Program-made: the position numbers and the translations under genes
Source of the DNA: Mobula hypostoma
Taxonomy: Eukaryota
Assembly: GCF_963921235.1 (NCBI RefSeq)
Contig: NC_086108.1
Location: 95,668,001 to 95,732,000 of the forward strand
Length of the DNA: 64,000 bases
Direction: 5' to 3'
Part shown: in pieces, positions 10,950 through 24,080 of the stretch
Layout of the letters: the number at the start of each line of letters is the position of its first letter
Position numbering within the stretch: the stretch's first letter is position 1
The notes under the pieces: model-generated
Seen by the model: the letters and a program-made list of their open reading frames with translations, nothing else
Told to the model about the DNA's origin: nothing
Databases searched by the model: none

Positions 10950-12605
10950 ATAAGAACATAAGAAATAGGAGTAGGTCATCTGGCCCATCAAGCCTGCCCT
11001 GCCATTCAATAAGATAATGACTGATTTGACTATGGACTCATCGCCACCTACCTGTCTTTTCCCCACTATGCAAAAATCTATCCAACCTTGTCTTAAATAT
11101 ATTTACTGAGGTAGCCTCCACTGCTTCATTGGGCAGAGAATTTCACAGATTCGCCACTCTTTGGGAAAAGCAGTTCCTCCTCATCGCCGCCCTATATTTA
11201 CTCCCCCGAATCTTGAGTCCATGTCCCCTGGTTCTAGTCTCACCTACTAGTAGAAACAACTTTCCAGGCTCTACCTTATCTATCCCTTTCATAATTTTAT
11301 GTGTCTATAAGACCTTCTCTCATTCTTCTGAATTCCAGCCAGTACAGTCCCAGGTGACTCAATCTCTCCTCATAGTTTAACACCCTCATTTCTGGCATCA
11401 ACCTGCTGAACCTCCTCTGTATAGCCTCCAAACCCAGTATGTCCTTCCTCAAGTAAGGAGATTAGAACTGCACGCATTACTCCAGGTGCGGCCTCACCAG
11501 TACGCTGTACAGTTGCACCCTGCTCTTAAATTCAAACCCCCTAGCAATGAAGGCCAACATTCCATTTGTCTTCTTGATGGCCTGCTGCACCTGCAAACCA
11601 ATCTTTTGTGATTCATGTGCAAGCAAAGTCCTGCTGCAATCTTTTACTATTTAAATAATCTGATCTTCCATGTTTCCTTCCAAAGTGGATGACCTTGCAT
11701 TTACCAACATTGTACTCCATCTGCCAGACCCTTGACCACTCGCTTAACCTCCTTACATCTCCCTACAGACTCTCCGTATCCTCTGCACAGTTTTGCTATT
11801 CCAGTCAATTAAGTGTCATCAGCAAACTTAGATACACTACACACAGTCCCCTCTTACAGAGGGTTAATGTATATCGTGAACATTTGCAGGCTCAGCAGCC
11901 ACTCCTGCAGCACACCACTGATTGCCAACCAGAGAAACACCCATGTATCCCAAATCTCTGCTTTCTATTGGTTAACCAATCCTCTATCCATGCTAATACT
12001 ACCGCCCCCCCCCCCCCCCACACACACACCAGTTCTATGCATCCTTATCTTAGGGATAAGACTTTTATGTTCACCTTATTGAATGCCTTCTGGAAATCCA
12101 AGTAAATAACGTCCATCTGTTCCCCTCTATCCACTGCACTCATTATATCCTCAAAGAACTCCAGTAAGTTTGTCAAACAGGACCTGCCTTTGCTGAATCC
12201 ATGCTGCATCTGCATGATGGATCAATTTCTTTCCAGATGCCCCGCTATTTCTTTAATGATAGCTTCAAGCATTTTCCCAACTATAGCTCTTAAACTAAGT
12301 GGCCTATAGTTACCTACCTTTTGCCTACATCCTTTTTTGAACAGTGGTATGACATTTGCCTTCTTCCAGTCCGCTGGGAACTGCCCAGATCCAGAGAATT
12401 TTGGTAAATTATCACCAAACCTCTACTATCACTGGTGGGCATTATCTATAGGCCACCAACTTATAACATCACAGTGGCACAGGTAATAAACTAAGAAATA
12501 TCTGGGGCATGCAAGAATACAGCAGTACTTATCGTACCCTAGGATGCATTCCATCAGGACCAGGGGACTTGCCTATCTTTAGGCTCACAAGTTTGCTCAG
12601 CACTA
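10950..12605 (-). mobile_element. CR1 LINE 'B' 3' part (continues at 15167-16495)
   Basis: taagaacataagaa tail at 10950; minus-strand RT remnants; inserted into CR1 A. Confidence 0.85.
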
Positions 12606-15166
12606 ATGGGAGTTATCTACAGGCCCCCAAACAGTAGCCTGGATCTAGGGTGCAAGTTGAATCAAGAGTTAAAATTGGCATGTCGCAAAGGTAATGCTAT
12701 GGTTGTTATGGGGAATTTTAACATGCAGGTAGACTAGGAAAATCAGGTTGGTACTGGACCCCAAGAAAGGGAGTTTGTGGAGTGCCTCGGAGATGGATTC
12801 TTACAGCAGCTTGTACTGGAACCTACCAGGGAGAAGGCAATTCTGGGTTTAGTGTTGTGTAATGAACCGGATTTGATAAGGGAACTCGAGGTAAAGGAGC
12901 CATTAGGAGGTAGTGACCATAATATGATAAGTTTTAAACTACAATTTGAGAGGGAGAAAGGAAAATTGAAAGTGTCAATATTGCAGTTGAACAAAGGAGA
13001 CTATAAAGCCTTGAGGGAGGAGCTGGCCAAAGTTCAATAGAACAATACACTAGCAGGGATGACAGTGGAACAACAATGGCAGGTATTTCTGGGAATTTCT
13101 GGGTGCAGGATCAGTTCATTCCAAAGAGGAAGAAAGATTCTAAGGGGAGTAAGGGACGGCCATGGATGACAAGGGAAGTCAAGCATAGTATAAAAATAAA
13201 AGAGGAGTATAACATAGCAAAGATGAGCAGGAAGCCAGAGGATTGGGAAACTTTTATAGAGCAACAGAGGCTAACTAAAAAGGCAATACGGGGCAAAAAG
13301 ATGAGATACCAAGGCAAGCTAGCCAAGAATATAAAGGAGGATAGTAAAAGCTTCTTTAGGTATGTGAAGAAGAAAAAATTAGTTAAGACCAAAGTTGGGC
13401 CCTTGAAGACAGAAATGGGTGAATTTATTATGGGGAACAAGGAAATGGCAGACGAGTTAAACAGGCACTTTGGATCTGTCTTCACTAGGGAAGACACAAA
13501 CAATCTCCCAGATGTAATAGTGGCCGGAGGACCTAGGGTAATGGAGGAACTGAAGGAGATTCACATTAGGCAGAAAATAGTGTTGGATAGACTGATGGGA
13601 CTGAAGGCTGATAAATCTCCAGGGCCTGATGGTCTGCACCCCAGGGCACTTAAGGAGATGACTCTAGAAATCATGTTCACATTGGTAATTATTTTCCAAT
13701 GTTCTATAGATTCAGGATCAGTTCCTGAGGACTGGGGGGTAGCTAATATTATCCCACTTTTTAAGAAAGGAGGGAGAGAGAAAGCAGGGAATTATAGACC
13801 AGTTAGCCTGACATCAGTGGTGGGGAAGATGCTGGAGAGTCAATTATAAAGGATGAAATAGCGGCACATTTGGATAGCAGTAACTAGGATCAGTCCGAGT
13901 CAGCATGGATATAGAAGGGGAAATCATGCTTGACTAAACTTCCGGAATTTTTTGAGGATGTAACTATGAAATGGACAAGGGAGAGCCAGTGGATGTCGTG
14001 TACCTGGACTTAAAGAAAGCCTTTGATAAGGTCCCACATAGGAGATTAGTGGGCAAAATTAGAGCACACATGGTATTGCGGGTAGGGTACTGACATGGAT
14101 AGAAAATTGGTTGGCAGACAGGAAACAGAGTAGCGATTAACGGGTCCCTTTAGGAATGGCAGGAGGTGATCAGTGGGGTACTGCAAGGCTCGATGCTGGG
14201 ACCGCAGCTATTTACAATATATATTAATGATTTAGATGAAGGGATTAAAAGTAACATTAGCAAATTTGCTGATGACACAAAGCTGGGTGGCAGTGTGAAA
14301 TGTGCAGTGGATGTTGAGATAATGCAGGATGACTTGGACAGGTTGGGTGAGTGGGCAGATGCAGTTTAATGTGGATAAATGTGAGGCTATCCACTTTGGT
14401 GGCAAGAACAGGAAGGCAGATTACTATTTGAATGGTGTCAAGTTAGGAAAAGGGGAAGTACAACATGATCTTGGTGTCCTTGTTCATCAGTCACTGAAAG
14501 CAAGCAGGTAGTGAAGAAAACTAATGGCATGTTGGCCTTCATAACAAGGGGAGTTGAGTATAGGAGCAAAGAGGTCCTTCTACAGTTGTACAGGGCCCTG
14601 GTGAGACCACACCTGGAGTATTGTGTACAGTTTTGGTCTCCAAATTTGAGGAAGGACATTCTTGCTGTTGAGGGAGTGCAGCGGAGGTTCACGAGGTTAA
14701 TTCCCGGGATGGCGGGACTGTCATATGTTGAAAGATTGGAGCGACTGGGCTTGTATACACTGGAATTTAGAAGGATGAGAGGGGATCTGATTGAAACATA
14801 TAAGATTATTAAGGGATTGGACACGCTAGAGGCAGGAAACATGTTCCCGATGTCAGGAGAGTCCAGAACCAGAGGCCACAATTTGAGAATAAGGGGTAGG
14901 CCATTTAGAACAGAGTTGAGGAAAAACTTTTTCACCCAGAGAGTTGTGGATCTGTGGAATGCTCTGCCTCAGAAGGCAGTGGAGGCCAGTTCTCTGGATG
15001 CTTTCAAGAAAGAGTTAGATAGAGCTCTTAATGATAGCGGAGTCAAGGGATATGGGGAGAAGGCAGGAATGGGGTACTGATTGTGGATGATCAGCCATGA
15101 TCACAGTGAATGGCAGTACTGGCTCGAAGGGTCAAATAGCCTACTTCTGCACCTATTGTCTATTGT
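12606..15166 (+). mobile_element. Younger 5'-truncated CR1 LINE 'C' (EN end + RT), inserted in CR1 B
   Basis: Long ORFs 13076-13849 and 14511-15080 (KSPGPDGLHPR, NYRPVSLTS, SKFADDTKL, RPHLEYCVQFWSP); (ctattgt)n tail; CACTA TSD at 12601-12605 / 15167-15171. Confidence 0.95.
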
Positions 15167-16495
15167 CACTACCTCTTTAATAATAACTATTGTATTGAGG
15201 TCTTCATCTCCCATTACATCCACATCATCTCCCTTTGGCATGTTCCTGTGTCCTCCACCATGAAGACAGACACAAAATCATCATTCAAAGCCTCAGCCAT
15301 TTCCTCATTACCCAATATCAATTCCCCCTCTTGTCTTCCAAGGGACCTACGACCACTTTAGCCTTTTTCTGCTTTGTGATTATGATAATTTTTATATTTT
15401 GTGCTAATTTATTTCCATAATCTATCTTCCTCTTCTTTATTGCTTGCTTATTAGTTCTTTGTTGCTTTTTAAAGTTTTTCCAATTTTACAGTTTCCCACT
15501 ACTCTTGGCAACTTTGAACACACACGCTTTTAGTTTGATGCCTTCCTTTATTTCCTCAGTTAACCATGGCTGGCTCTCCCCACCCTTACTGTCCTTGCTT
15601 TTAACTGGAATATACTTCTGTTGAGCACCGTGAAAAATCTCTTTCAAAGTCTCAACCATCCCACCATATATCCTGTGTTCCTAATCTATCCTATCCAACT
15701 CCTCCCTCATCCCATTGTAGTATCCCTTGTTTAGGCATAATACACACATCAAAGTTGCTGGTGAACGCAGCAGGCCAGGCAGCATCTCTAGGAAGAGGTA
15801 CAGTCGACGTTTCAGGTCGAGACCCTTCGTCCTGAAACGTCGACTATAGAGTCCTGCCGAAGGGTCTCGGCCTGAAACGTGGACTGTACCTTTTCCTAGA
15901 GATGCTGCCTGGCCTGCTGCATTCACCAGCAACTTTGATGTGTGTTGCTTGAATTTCCAGCATCTGCAGATTTCCTGTTGTTAGGCATAATACACTGGTT
16001 TTAGATTGAATTATTGCACCCTCCATTTGTATGAGAAATTCAGTCAGACTGTGATCATTCTTTCCAAGAGGATCCCTAACTACAAGATCACTAATATTAC
16101 CTGTCTCATTGCACAGGACCAGATCCAAGATAGCACATTCCCTTGTAGGTTCAATAACATGCTGTTCAAGAAAGCTATCACATGTGCATTCTGTGAAGTC
16201 CTCAAGACTGCTTCAACCAACTTCATTCACCTAATCTATGTGCAAGTTAAAGTCCCCCACGATAATGACTGTTCCATTCTTGCATGCCTCAGATATTTCT
16301 TAGTTTATTACCTGTGTCACTGTAATGATATAATTCGATGCCCTATAAATAACGTTCACCAGTGATTTTTCTCTGTTTACTATTCCTAATCTCTACCCAG
16401 ATGGATTCAACACTCTGCTTCTTACATCTTATATCGTCTCTCACTATCACCCTGATCTCATCGTTAATTAAGAGCGTTACCCCACCCCCTCACCC
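15167..16495 (-). mobile_element. CR1 LINE 'B' 5' part (endonuclease region)
   Basis: DLVLCNETGNISDLVVRDPLGKNDH; collinear with 10950-12605 across the CACTA TSD. Confidence 0.85.
15746..15980. mobile_element. Fold-back (inverted) PLE pLTR element with 15-bp TSD
   Basis: TTAGGCATAATACAC at 15731-15745 and 15981-15995; two inverted arms of ~85 bp. Confidence 0.9.
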
Positions 16496-16499
16496 TCCT

Positions 16500-16965
16500 G
16501 ACCATCAGGGCTTGCAGTGGGATCTGGACCATCTGGAAAAATGTGCTGAAAAATAGAAGATGGAATTTAATGCAGACAAGTGCAAGTTGTTGTACTTCGG
16601 CAGGACCAACCAGGATAGGTCTTACGCAGTGAACTGTAGGGCACTGAAGAGTGTGGTAGAACAAAGGAATCTGGGAATACAGGTCCATAATTCATCGAAA
16701 GTGCCAGCACAGGTAGATAGAGTCACAAAGAAAGCTTTTGTCACTTTAGCCTTCATAAGTATTGAGTACAGGAGATGGGATGAGGCCTAATTCGGAATGT
16801 TGTGTGCAGTTTTGTTCATCTACCTAGAGGAAAGATGTAATTAAGATTGAAAGAGTACAGAGAAATTTTACAAGGATGCTGACGGGACTGACGGGATCTG
16901 AGTTATAAGGAAACATTGAATAGGTTAGGACTTTATTCCTTGGAGCGTAGGAGATTTGACAGAGG
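16500..16965 (+). mobile_element. CR1 LINE 'A' segment 2
   Basis: GLQWDLDHLEK..MEFNADKCKLLYFGR continues the RT broken at 10949. Confidence 0.85.
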
Positions 16966-16967
16966 TA

Positions 16968-18544
16968 CAGTGGCATGCAAAAGTTTGGGCACCCCTGTTC
17001 AAAATTTCTGTTACTGTGAGTAGTTAAGTGAGTAGAAGATGAACTGATCTCCAAAAATCATAAAGTTAAAGATGAAACATTCTTTTCAACATTTTATGCA
17101 AGATTAGTGTATTATTTTTGTTTTGTACAGTTTTAGAGTGAAAAAAAGGAAAGGAGCACCATGCAAAAGTTTGGGCATCCCAAGATATTTGAGCTCTCAG
17201 ATAACCTTTATCAAGGTCTCAGACCTTAATTAGCTTGTTAGGGCTATGGTTTGTACACAGTCATCGTTAGGAAAGGCCAGGTGATGCAAATTCCAAAGCT
17301 TTATAAATACCCTGACTTCTCAAACCTTGTCCCAACAATCAGCAGTCATGGGCTCCTCTAAGCAGCTCCCTAGCACTCTGAAGATTGAAATAAATGAAGC
17401 CTACAAAGCAGGAGAAGGCTAAAAGAAGATAGCAAAGCGTTTTCAGGTAGCCATCTCCTCAGTTCGTAATGTAATTAAGAAATGGCAGTTAACAGGAATG
17501 GTGGAGGTCAAGCTGAGGTCTGGAAGACCAAGAAAACTTTCCGAGAGAACTGCTCATAGGATTGCTAGAAAGGCAAATCAAAACCCCTGTTAGACTGCAA
17601 AAGACCTTCAGGAAGATTTAGCAGACTCTGGAGTGGTGGTGCACTGTTCTACTGTGCAGCGACACCTGCACAAGTATGACCTTCATGGAAGAGTCATCAG
17701 AAGAAAACCTTTTCTGCATCCTCACCACAAAATTCAGCATCAGAAGTTTGCAAAGGAACATCTAAACAAGCCTGATGCATTTTGGAAACAAGTCCTGTGG
17801 ACTGATGAAGTTAAAACAGAACTTTTTGGCCCAATGAGCAAAGGTATGTTTGGAGAAAAAAGGATGCAGAATTTCATGAAAAGAACACCTCTCCAACTGT
17901 TAAGCATAGGGGTGGATCGATCATGCTTTGGGCTTGTGTTGCAGCCAGTGGCACGGGGAACAGTTCACTGGTAGAGGGAAGAATGAATTCAATTAAATAC
18001 CAGCAAATTCTGGAAGCAAACATCACACTGTCTGTAAAAAAGCTGAAGGTGAAAAATCCACAATGGTCTACCTCAAGAGGTGCAAGCTGAAGGTTTTGCC
18101 ATGGCCCTCACAGTCCCCCGACCTAAACATCATCGAAAATCTGTGGATAGACCTCAAAAGAGCAATGCATGCAAGACGGTCCAAGAATCTCACAGAACTA
18201 GAAGTCTTTTGCAAGGAAGAATTGGTCGAAAATCCCCTAAACAAGAACTGAAAGACTCTTAGCTGGCTACAGAAAGCATTTACAAGCTGTGATACTTGCC
18301 AAAGGGGGTGTTACTAAGTACTGACCATGCAGGGTGCCCAAACTTCTGCTTCGGGCCCTTTTCCTTTTTTGTTATTTTGAAACTGTAAAAGATAGAAATA
18401 AAAAAGTAATCTTGCTTAAAATATTAAAGAAATGTGTCATCTTTAACTTTATGCCTTTTGGAAATCAGGTCATCTTTTACTCGCTTAGCTATTCACAGTA
18501 ACAGAAATTTTGACCAGGGGTGCCCAAACTTTTGCATGCCACTG
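16968..18544 (+). mobile_element. Tc1 transposon with ~210-bp IR/DR-type TIRs, defective transposase (ATG 17348 to TGA 18324)
   Basis: TA TSD 16966-67 / 18545-46; TIR cagtggcatgcaaaagtttgggcacccctg with internal direct repeat; WTDE and PSQSPDLNIIENLW motifs; premature stop, frameshift and a deletion removing the second Asp. Confidence 0.96.
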
Positions 18545-18791
18545 TATATAAAATTATCATGGGTATAGATGGGGCTTTTTCCACTGAGGTTGGGTGGGGC
18601 TACAACTGGAGGTAATGGATTAAGACCATAAGATATAGGAGCAGAATTAGGCCGTTTGGCTCATCGAGTCTGCTCCAACATTTCATCATGGCTGATCCAA
18701 GTTTCCTCTCAGTCCCAATTTCCTGCCTTCCCTCCTTCTCCCTTCATGCACTGACCAATCAAGAATCTTATCAACCTCTGCCTTAAATATA

Positions 18792-20368
18792 CAAACCCCA
18801 TTTCCAGAAAAGTTGGGATATTTTCCAAAATGCAATAAAAACAAAAATCTGTGATATGTTAATACACGTGAACCTTTATTTAACTGACAAAAGTACAAAG
18901 AAAAGATTTTCAATAGTTTTACTGACCAACTTAATTGTATTTTGTTAATATACACAAATTTAGAATTTGATGGCTGCAACACACTCAACAAAAGTTGGGA
19001 CAGAGTTAAAATAAGATTGAAAAGTGCACAGAATATTCAAGTAACACCAGTTTGGAAGACTCCACATTAAGCAGGCTAATTGGTAGCAGGTGAAGTATCA
19101 TGACTGGGTATAAAAGTAGCGTCCATCAAAGGCTCAGTCTTTGCAAGCAAGGACGGGTCGTGGCTCACCCCTTTGTGCCAAAATTCATGACAGAATTGTT
19201 AGTCAGTTCAAAAGGAACATTTCTCAATGCAAGATTGCAGACAGTTTAGGTCTTTCAACATCTACAGTACATAATATTGTGAAAAGATTCAGAGAATTCA
19301 GAGACATCTCAGTGAGTAAAGAGCACGTGATCTTTGAACCCTCAGGCGGCACTGCCTAAGAAACCATCATGCTACTGTGACAATTATAGCCACCTAGGCT
19401 CGGGAGTACTTCGGAAAACCATTGACACTCAACACAGTCCATCACTGCATCCAGAAATGCAACTTGAAGCTGTATTACGCAAGGAGGAAGCCATACATCA
19501 ACTCTATGCAGAAACGCCAGCGAGTTCTCTGGGCCCGAGCTCATCTCAGATGGACCGAAAGACTGTGGAACCGTGTACTGTGGTCAGATGAGTTCACATT
19601 TCAGCTAGTTTTCGGAAAAAACGGGTGTTGAGTTCTCCATGTCAAAGATGAAAACGACCATCCAGATTGTTATCAGTGAAAGGTGCAAAAGCCAGCATCT
19701 GTGATGGTATGGGGGTGCATCAGTGCCCACGGCATGAGTGAGTTGCATGTATGTGAAGGTACCATTGACTCTGAGGGCATATATTAGGATTTTAGAGAGA
19801 CATATGTTGCCATCAAGGCGACGTCTCTTCCCGGGACGTCCATGCTTATTTCAGCAGGACAATGCCAGACCACATTCTGCACAGGCTACAACAGCGTGGC
19901 TTTGTAGACACAGAGTGCGCGTGCTTGACTGGCCTGCTGCCAGACCAGATCTATCTCCTATTGAAAATGTATGGCACATCATGAAGAGGAGAATCAGACA
20001 ACGGAGATCACGGACTGTTGAGCAGCTGAAGTCTTATATCAAGCAAGAATGGACAAAATTTCCAATTGCAAATCTACCACAATTAGTATCCTCAGTTCCA
20101 AAATGATTAGAAAGTGTTATTAAAAGGAAAGGTGATGTAACACAATGGTAAACATGCCTGTCCCAACTTTTGTTCAGTGTGTTGCAGCCATCAAATTCTA
20201 AATTTGTGTATACTTACAAAATACAATTAAGTTGGTTAGTAAAACTATTGAAAATCTTTTCTTTGTACTTTTGTCAGTTAAATAAAGGTTCATGTGAAAT
20301 AACATATCACAGATTTTTGTTTTTATTGCATTTTGGAAAATATCCCAACTTTCTGGAAATGGGGTTTG
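18792..20368 (+). mobile_element. Tc1 (DD34E) transposon with ~210-bp near-perfect TIRs, defective transposase
   Basis: TA TSD 18790-91 / 20369-70; TIR caaaccccatttccagaaaagttgggata; HTH region (STSTVHNIVKRF), WSDE, QQDNARPH, PDLSPIEN with 34 residues between D and E. Confidence 0.96.
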
Positions 20369-20971
20369 TACATAAACTATTCCACAGATTCACCACTCTT
20401 TGACTAAAGAAATTCCTCCTCATCTCTGTTCTAAAAGGATATCCTCTATTCTGAGGCTGTGTCCTCTGGTCTTACACTTTCCCACCATAGGAAACATCCT
20501 CTCCCCATCCACTCTATCAATGCCTTTCAGCATTTGATGGGTTTCAATAAGATTACACTTCATTCTTCAGAAATTCTAGTGAATACAGGCCCAGAGCCAT
20601 CAAACATTCTTCATATAACAAGCCATTCAAACCCTGGAATCATTTTCGTGAACTTGCTTTGAACCCTCTCCAGTTTCAGCACACCCTTTCTAAGATAAGG
20701 GGCCCAAACCTGCTCACATACTCCAGCTGAGGCTTCACCAGTGCTTTATAAAGTTTCAACATTATATCCTTCCTTTTATATTCTCGTCCTCTTGAAATTA
20801 ATTTTAACATTGCATTTGCCTTTGTCGCCACAGACTCAATCTGCAAATTAAACTTTAGGGAATGCTGCACAAGGACTCCCAAGTCCCTTTGTACCTCAGT
20901 TTTTAAAATATTTTCTCTCCATTTAGAAAATATTCAACACTTTCATTTCTTCTACCAAAGTGCATGGCCAT

Positions 20972-21228
20972 ACAGGTGGATGGAGCATAGGTGCTCAGCG
21001 ATGCGGCCTCCCAATCTATGTTGGGTCTTACCTAACACCTTGTGCTTCTCTCTCCCCTTCTCACCTTTCAAATCCACTCAGTTTTTTTTTCTCCTGTCCT
21101 GCCAAAGGGATTCAACCTAAAACATCAACTGTACTCTTTTCCATAGATGCTGCCTGGCCTGCTGAGTTCCTCCAGCATTTTGTGTGTGTTGCTCGGATTT
21201 CCAGCATCTACAGATTTTCTCTTCTTTG
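20972..21228 (+). mobile_element. PLE fragment: short inverted GIY-YIG-region piece followed by a degenerate pLTR
   Basis: 20972-21030 is antisense to the PLE endonuclease region (compare 28230-28270); 21040-21228 matches the pLTR (gatgctgcctggcctgctgagttcctccagc). Confidence 0.7.
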
Positions 21229-21999
21229 TAACTGTATTCCATCTGCCATTTCTTTGCCCATTCTCCTAATCTAAGTCCTTCTGCTTCCTTAAAACTACCT
21301 GCTCCTCCACCTATCTTCATATCGTCTGAAAACTTTGCAAAAAAGCCATCCACTCCATCATCCAAACTATTGACATGCAATATAAAAAGAATCGGTCCCA
21401 ACACAGACCCCTATGGACCACCACTAGTCACCATCAGCTAGTCAGAATAGGCTCCCTTTATTCCCACTCTTTGCCTCGTGCCAATCAGCCACTGTTGGTG
21501 TTGTTTGGATTTCCAGCATCTGCAGATTTTCTCTTGTTTGTGGCTGCTTTATCCATGTTAAAATCTTTCCTATAATACCATGGGCTCATAGCTTATTAAG
21601 CGACCTCATGTGTGGCACCTTGTCAAAGACATTCTGAAAATCCAAATACAGAATATCAACCAATTCTCCTTTGTCTATCCTGGTTGTTACTTCTTCAAAG
21701 AATTCCAAGATTAGGCAGGCAAGATTTTCCCTTGAGGAAGCCATGCCAACAACTGCCTACTTTATCATGTGCCTCCGAGTACCCTCAGACCTCATCCTTA
21801 ATAATTAACTCCAACACCTTCCCATTAAGGGGAACAGGAAGGAAAACTTCACTCAGAGGGTTTTGAACTGACAGCATAAGTGGTGCATACAAGCTCAATT
21901 TCAATATATAAGGGAAGTTTGGATAACTACATGGATAGTAGTGGTATGGAGGGCTATGGAATGGGTGCAAGTTGGATCCTGACTGCTGCCACTGTAATA

Positions 22000-23500
22000 A
22001 TGTTACACTATTTTGTCACACCTCACGGTTCCTCAAGCCTATTCCATCAAGAGGCCATAACTGAACTTTTGCATCTATGCTATATTCTGCACTTGCTCCA
22101 TTATTCCCTGAATAGCTAAAAACCCTTGAACATACTCAGCATTTCACCATCCATAACCATTTTTTTGCAGAGAAATCTGAAGGTTAATCACATTGAGTAA
22201 AGAAAGTTCTCATCTCTGTGCTTAATAGTGAAACTGCTTTTTTGAGACTGGTTCCAGGCAACCTAGCCAAGAGAATCATCATTTCTACATCTCCTCTTAA
22301 ACCTCCATCTGAGTTTCATAAGCTTCAAAGACATCACTCTCATTCTTCTCAACTTGAGACTATTTAACAGTTCTCAAATGATAAGTCTGCCATCTGAAGT
22401 ACCAATCTGATGAACTTCACTCCAATCACAAATACATTTTTATTGACTGCAGGGAGGCTAAATTTACGAGCAACATTTTAAGTGCAGTCATGCCCCTGCC
22501 CCATATAAATGGAGCAAGGTATCTCTTACTCTTCTATGCAATAATGGTCAACAATTTTCTAATTTCTTGCTGTAGTTGCAAATTAACTTGCAGTGTTTTG
22601 TGCACTAGGATATTCTGGACCCTCTGAATATCAAGATCTTTCAATGGGATATTAAACATTTCTTTGTATTTTTCTTTCTCTATATCAGATGACTTTGTAG
22701 TTTTCCCAGACAATGTCTGCCATATCTTTTCCTGTCTGGAGCCCCTCTCTGCATTTTTCTTGTAGCACTGTCATGTATATCATTCAGCAAATGGGTGAAA
22801 TCTATTCGGTACTCTGACTAAATGACTGGTATAGATGGTGAACTGTTGGTGCCTCAACTTCCAGTTCCTGTGTTATTCAGGTAGTCACAGCCTCCAGACA
22901 ACAAAATTATTTATTCCTACTGTTTATTCCTACTGTTTCCTGAATATTAACCAATTGTGAAACCACTCATTCTCTAAATACCATGCACTCTAATTTTGTT
23001 TAATAATCTAGCACATACATCAACAGTTTACCCTTATCCAGGTAGTTACCATCTTTAAAATTTCTAACAGAATTGTAAAACATGATTTCCCATTGATTAA
23101 TGCATGTTAATTGTTTTATTTTTTCCATGACTAGTTTAGCACTTGGGCTAATTTCTGTGAGACTCTCATTCACAATAGACCAGTTCTATACGTTTTCCTG
23201 TGATGTTTTCTTTATTGTCTTCTGTGACTACTGACACTAAATACTTGTATCTATGTTTTCCCCCTAATTATCCAATATAGTATCTCCTGTCTCAACCTCA
23301 GTTCACATTTTCTTTATTCAATCCATAGCAGCTTTTACAGTTTGTTTTTCATGAGACTACTCTTTACTTATCAATGCTTTACATAAGCTGCTTTCTGAAA
23401 TTTTCCCCAATCTTCAGGGTTACCACTACTCTTCCCTTTTGCTCTAATGCTTTCATTAATCTCTTGATAGCTGCAATTTAAGGGCTCTCTGTGATTAAAT
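22000..23500 (-). mobile_element. Old, highly degraded CR1 LINE
   Basis: Scattered CR1 RT-like remnants (aaacatgatttccc, ttttccccaatcttcagggttaccact); boundaries approximate. Confidence 0.55.
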
Positions 23501-23734
23501 TTAGCATAATAATATTTGCCATTCATTTTCATTTCAGAATGCATTTTACTTGTTCCTTGATGATGGAAGCAGCCTACACTTTTCACCTTTCCAAACCTAT
23601 CTCGACCAACAAGGAACAAAAAAATCAGTTTGTTTCTGAAACTTATTACAAAGCACAGATAGTAAGAAACTGGGCATTTTTTCCAACTTAGTACGGATCA
23701 CTGTTTCTACTTCATATGAGGCTAAGAAAATGTA

Positions 23735-23740
23735 TTTATT
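23735..23740 (-). terminator. Candidate SPO16 polyadenylation signal (AATAAA)
   Basis: tttatt on the + strand, ~340 nt beyond the SPO16 stop. Confidence 0.5.
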
Positions 23741-24080
23741 GTCCAGCATATTGTTTTTACAGTATTATCAATTATTTTTTTACTTTTGATTCATCTAGAT
23801 CAAACCGAAATCCACATATTTTACATTAGATAGATATAATAAATGGCATACACTATATCCTAAATTCTGAAAATAAGAAAGTAATCTAACTTCCAACTGA
23901 TAAGGGAATATTAAGAATGAACATAAGAATCTATATCAAAGACTGCAACATTTCTTATTTGCAGTTATCGTAACTAATTATGTTGGTCATAAACATACTT
24001 CTGAAATAAGTGCAACATATTTCACTGGAGGAAGTTGTAACTATTTTACAAAGCCCAAAGCATTGTACATTAATAATACT

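Larger units (their letters stand above)
18625..21823 (-). mobile_element. CR1 LINE 'D' 3' part inserted in CR1 A, itself split by a Tc1 and PLE fragments
   Basis: taagaccataaga tail; attaag duplicated at 18619-24 / 21824-29; LGPILFILHVN..AKFSDDMK, LYKALVKPQLEY. Confidence 0.85.

Noticed and set aside
12777..15080. Active reverse-transcriptase gene
   Set aside because: 5'-truncated CR1 with several frameshifts and stops
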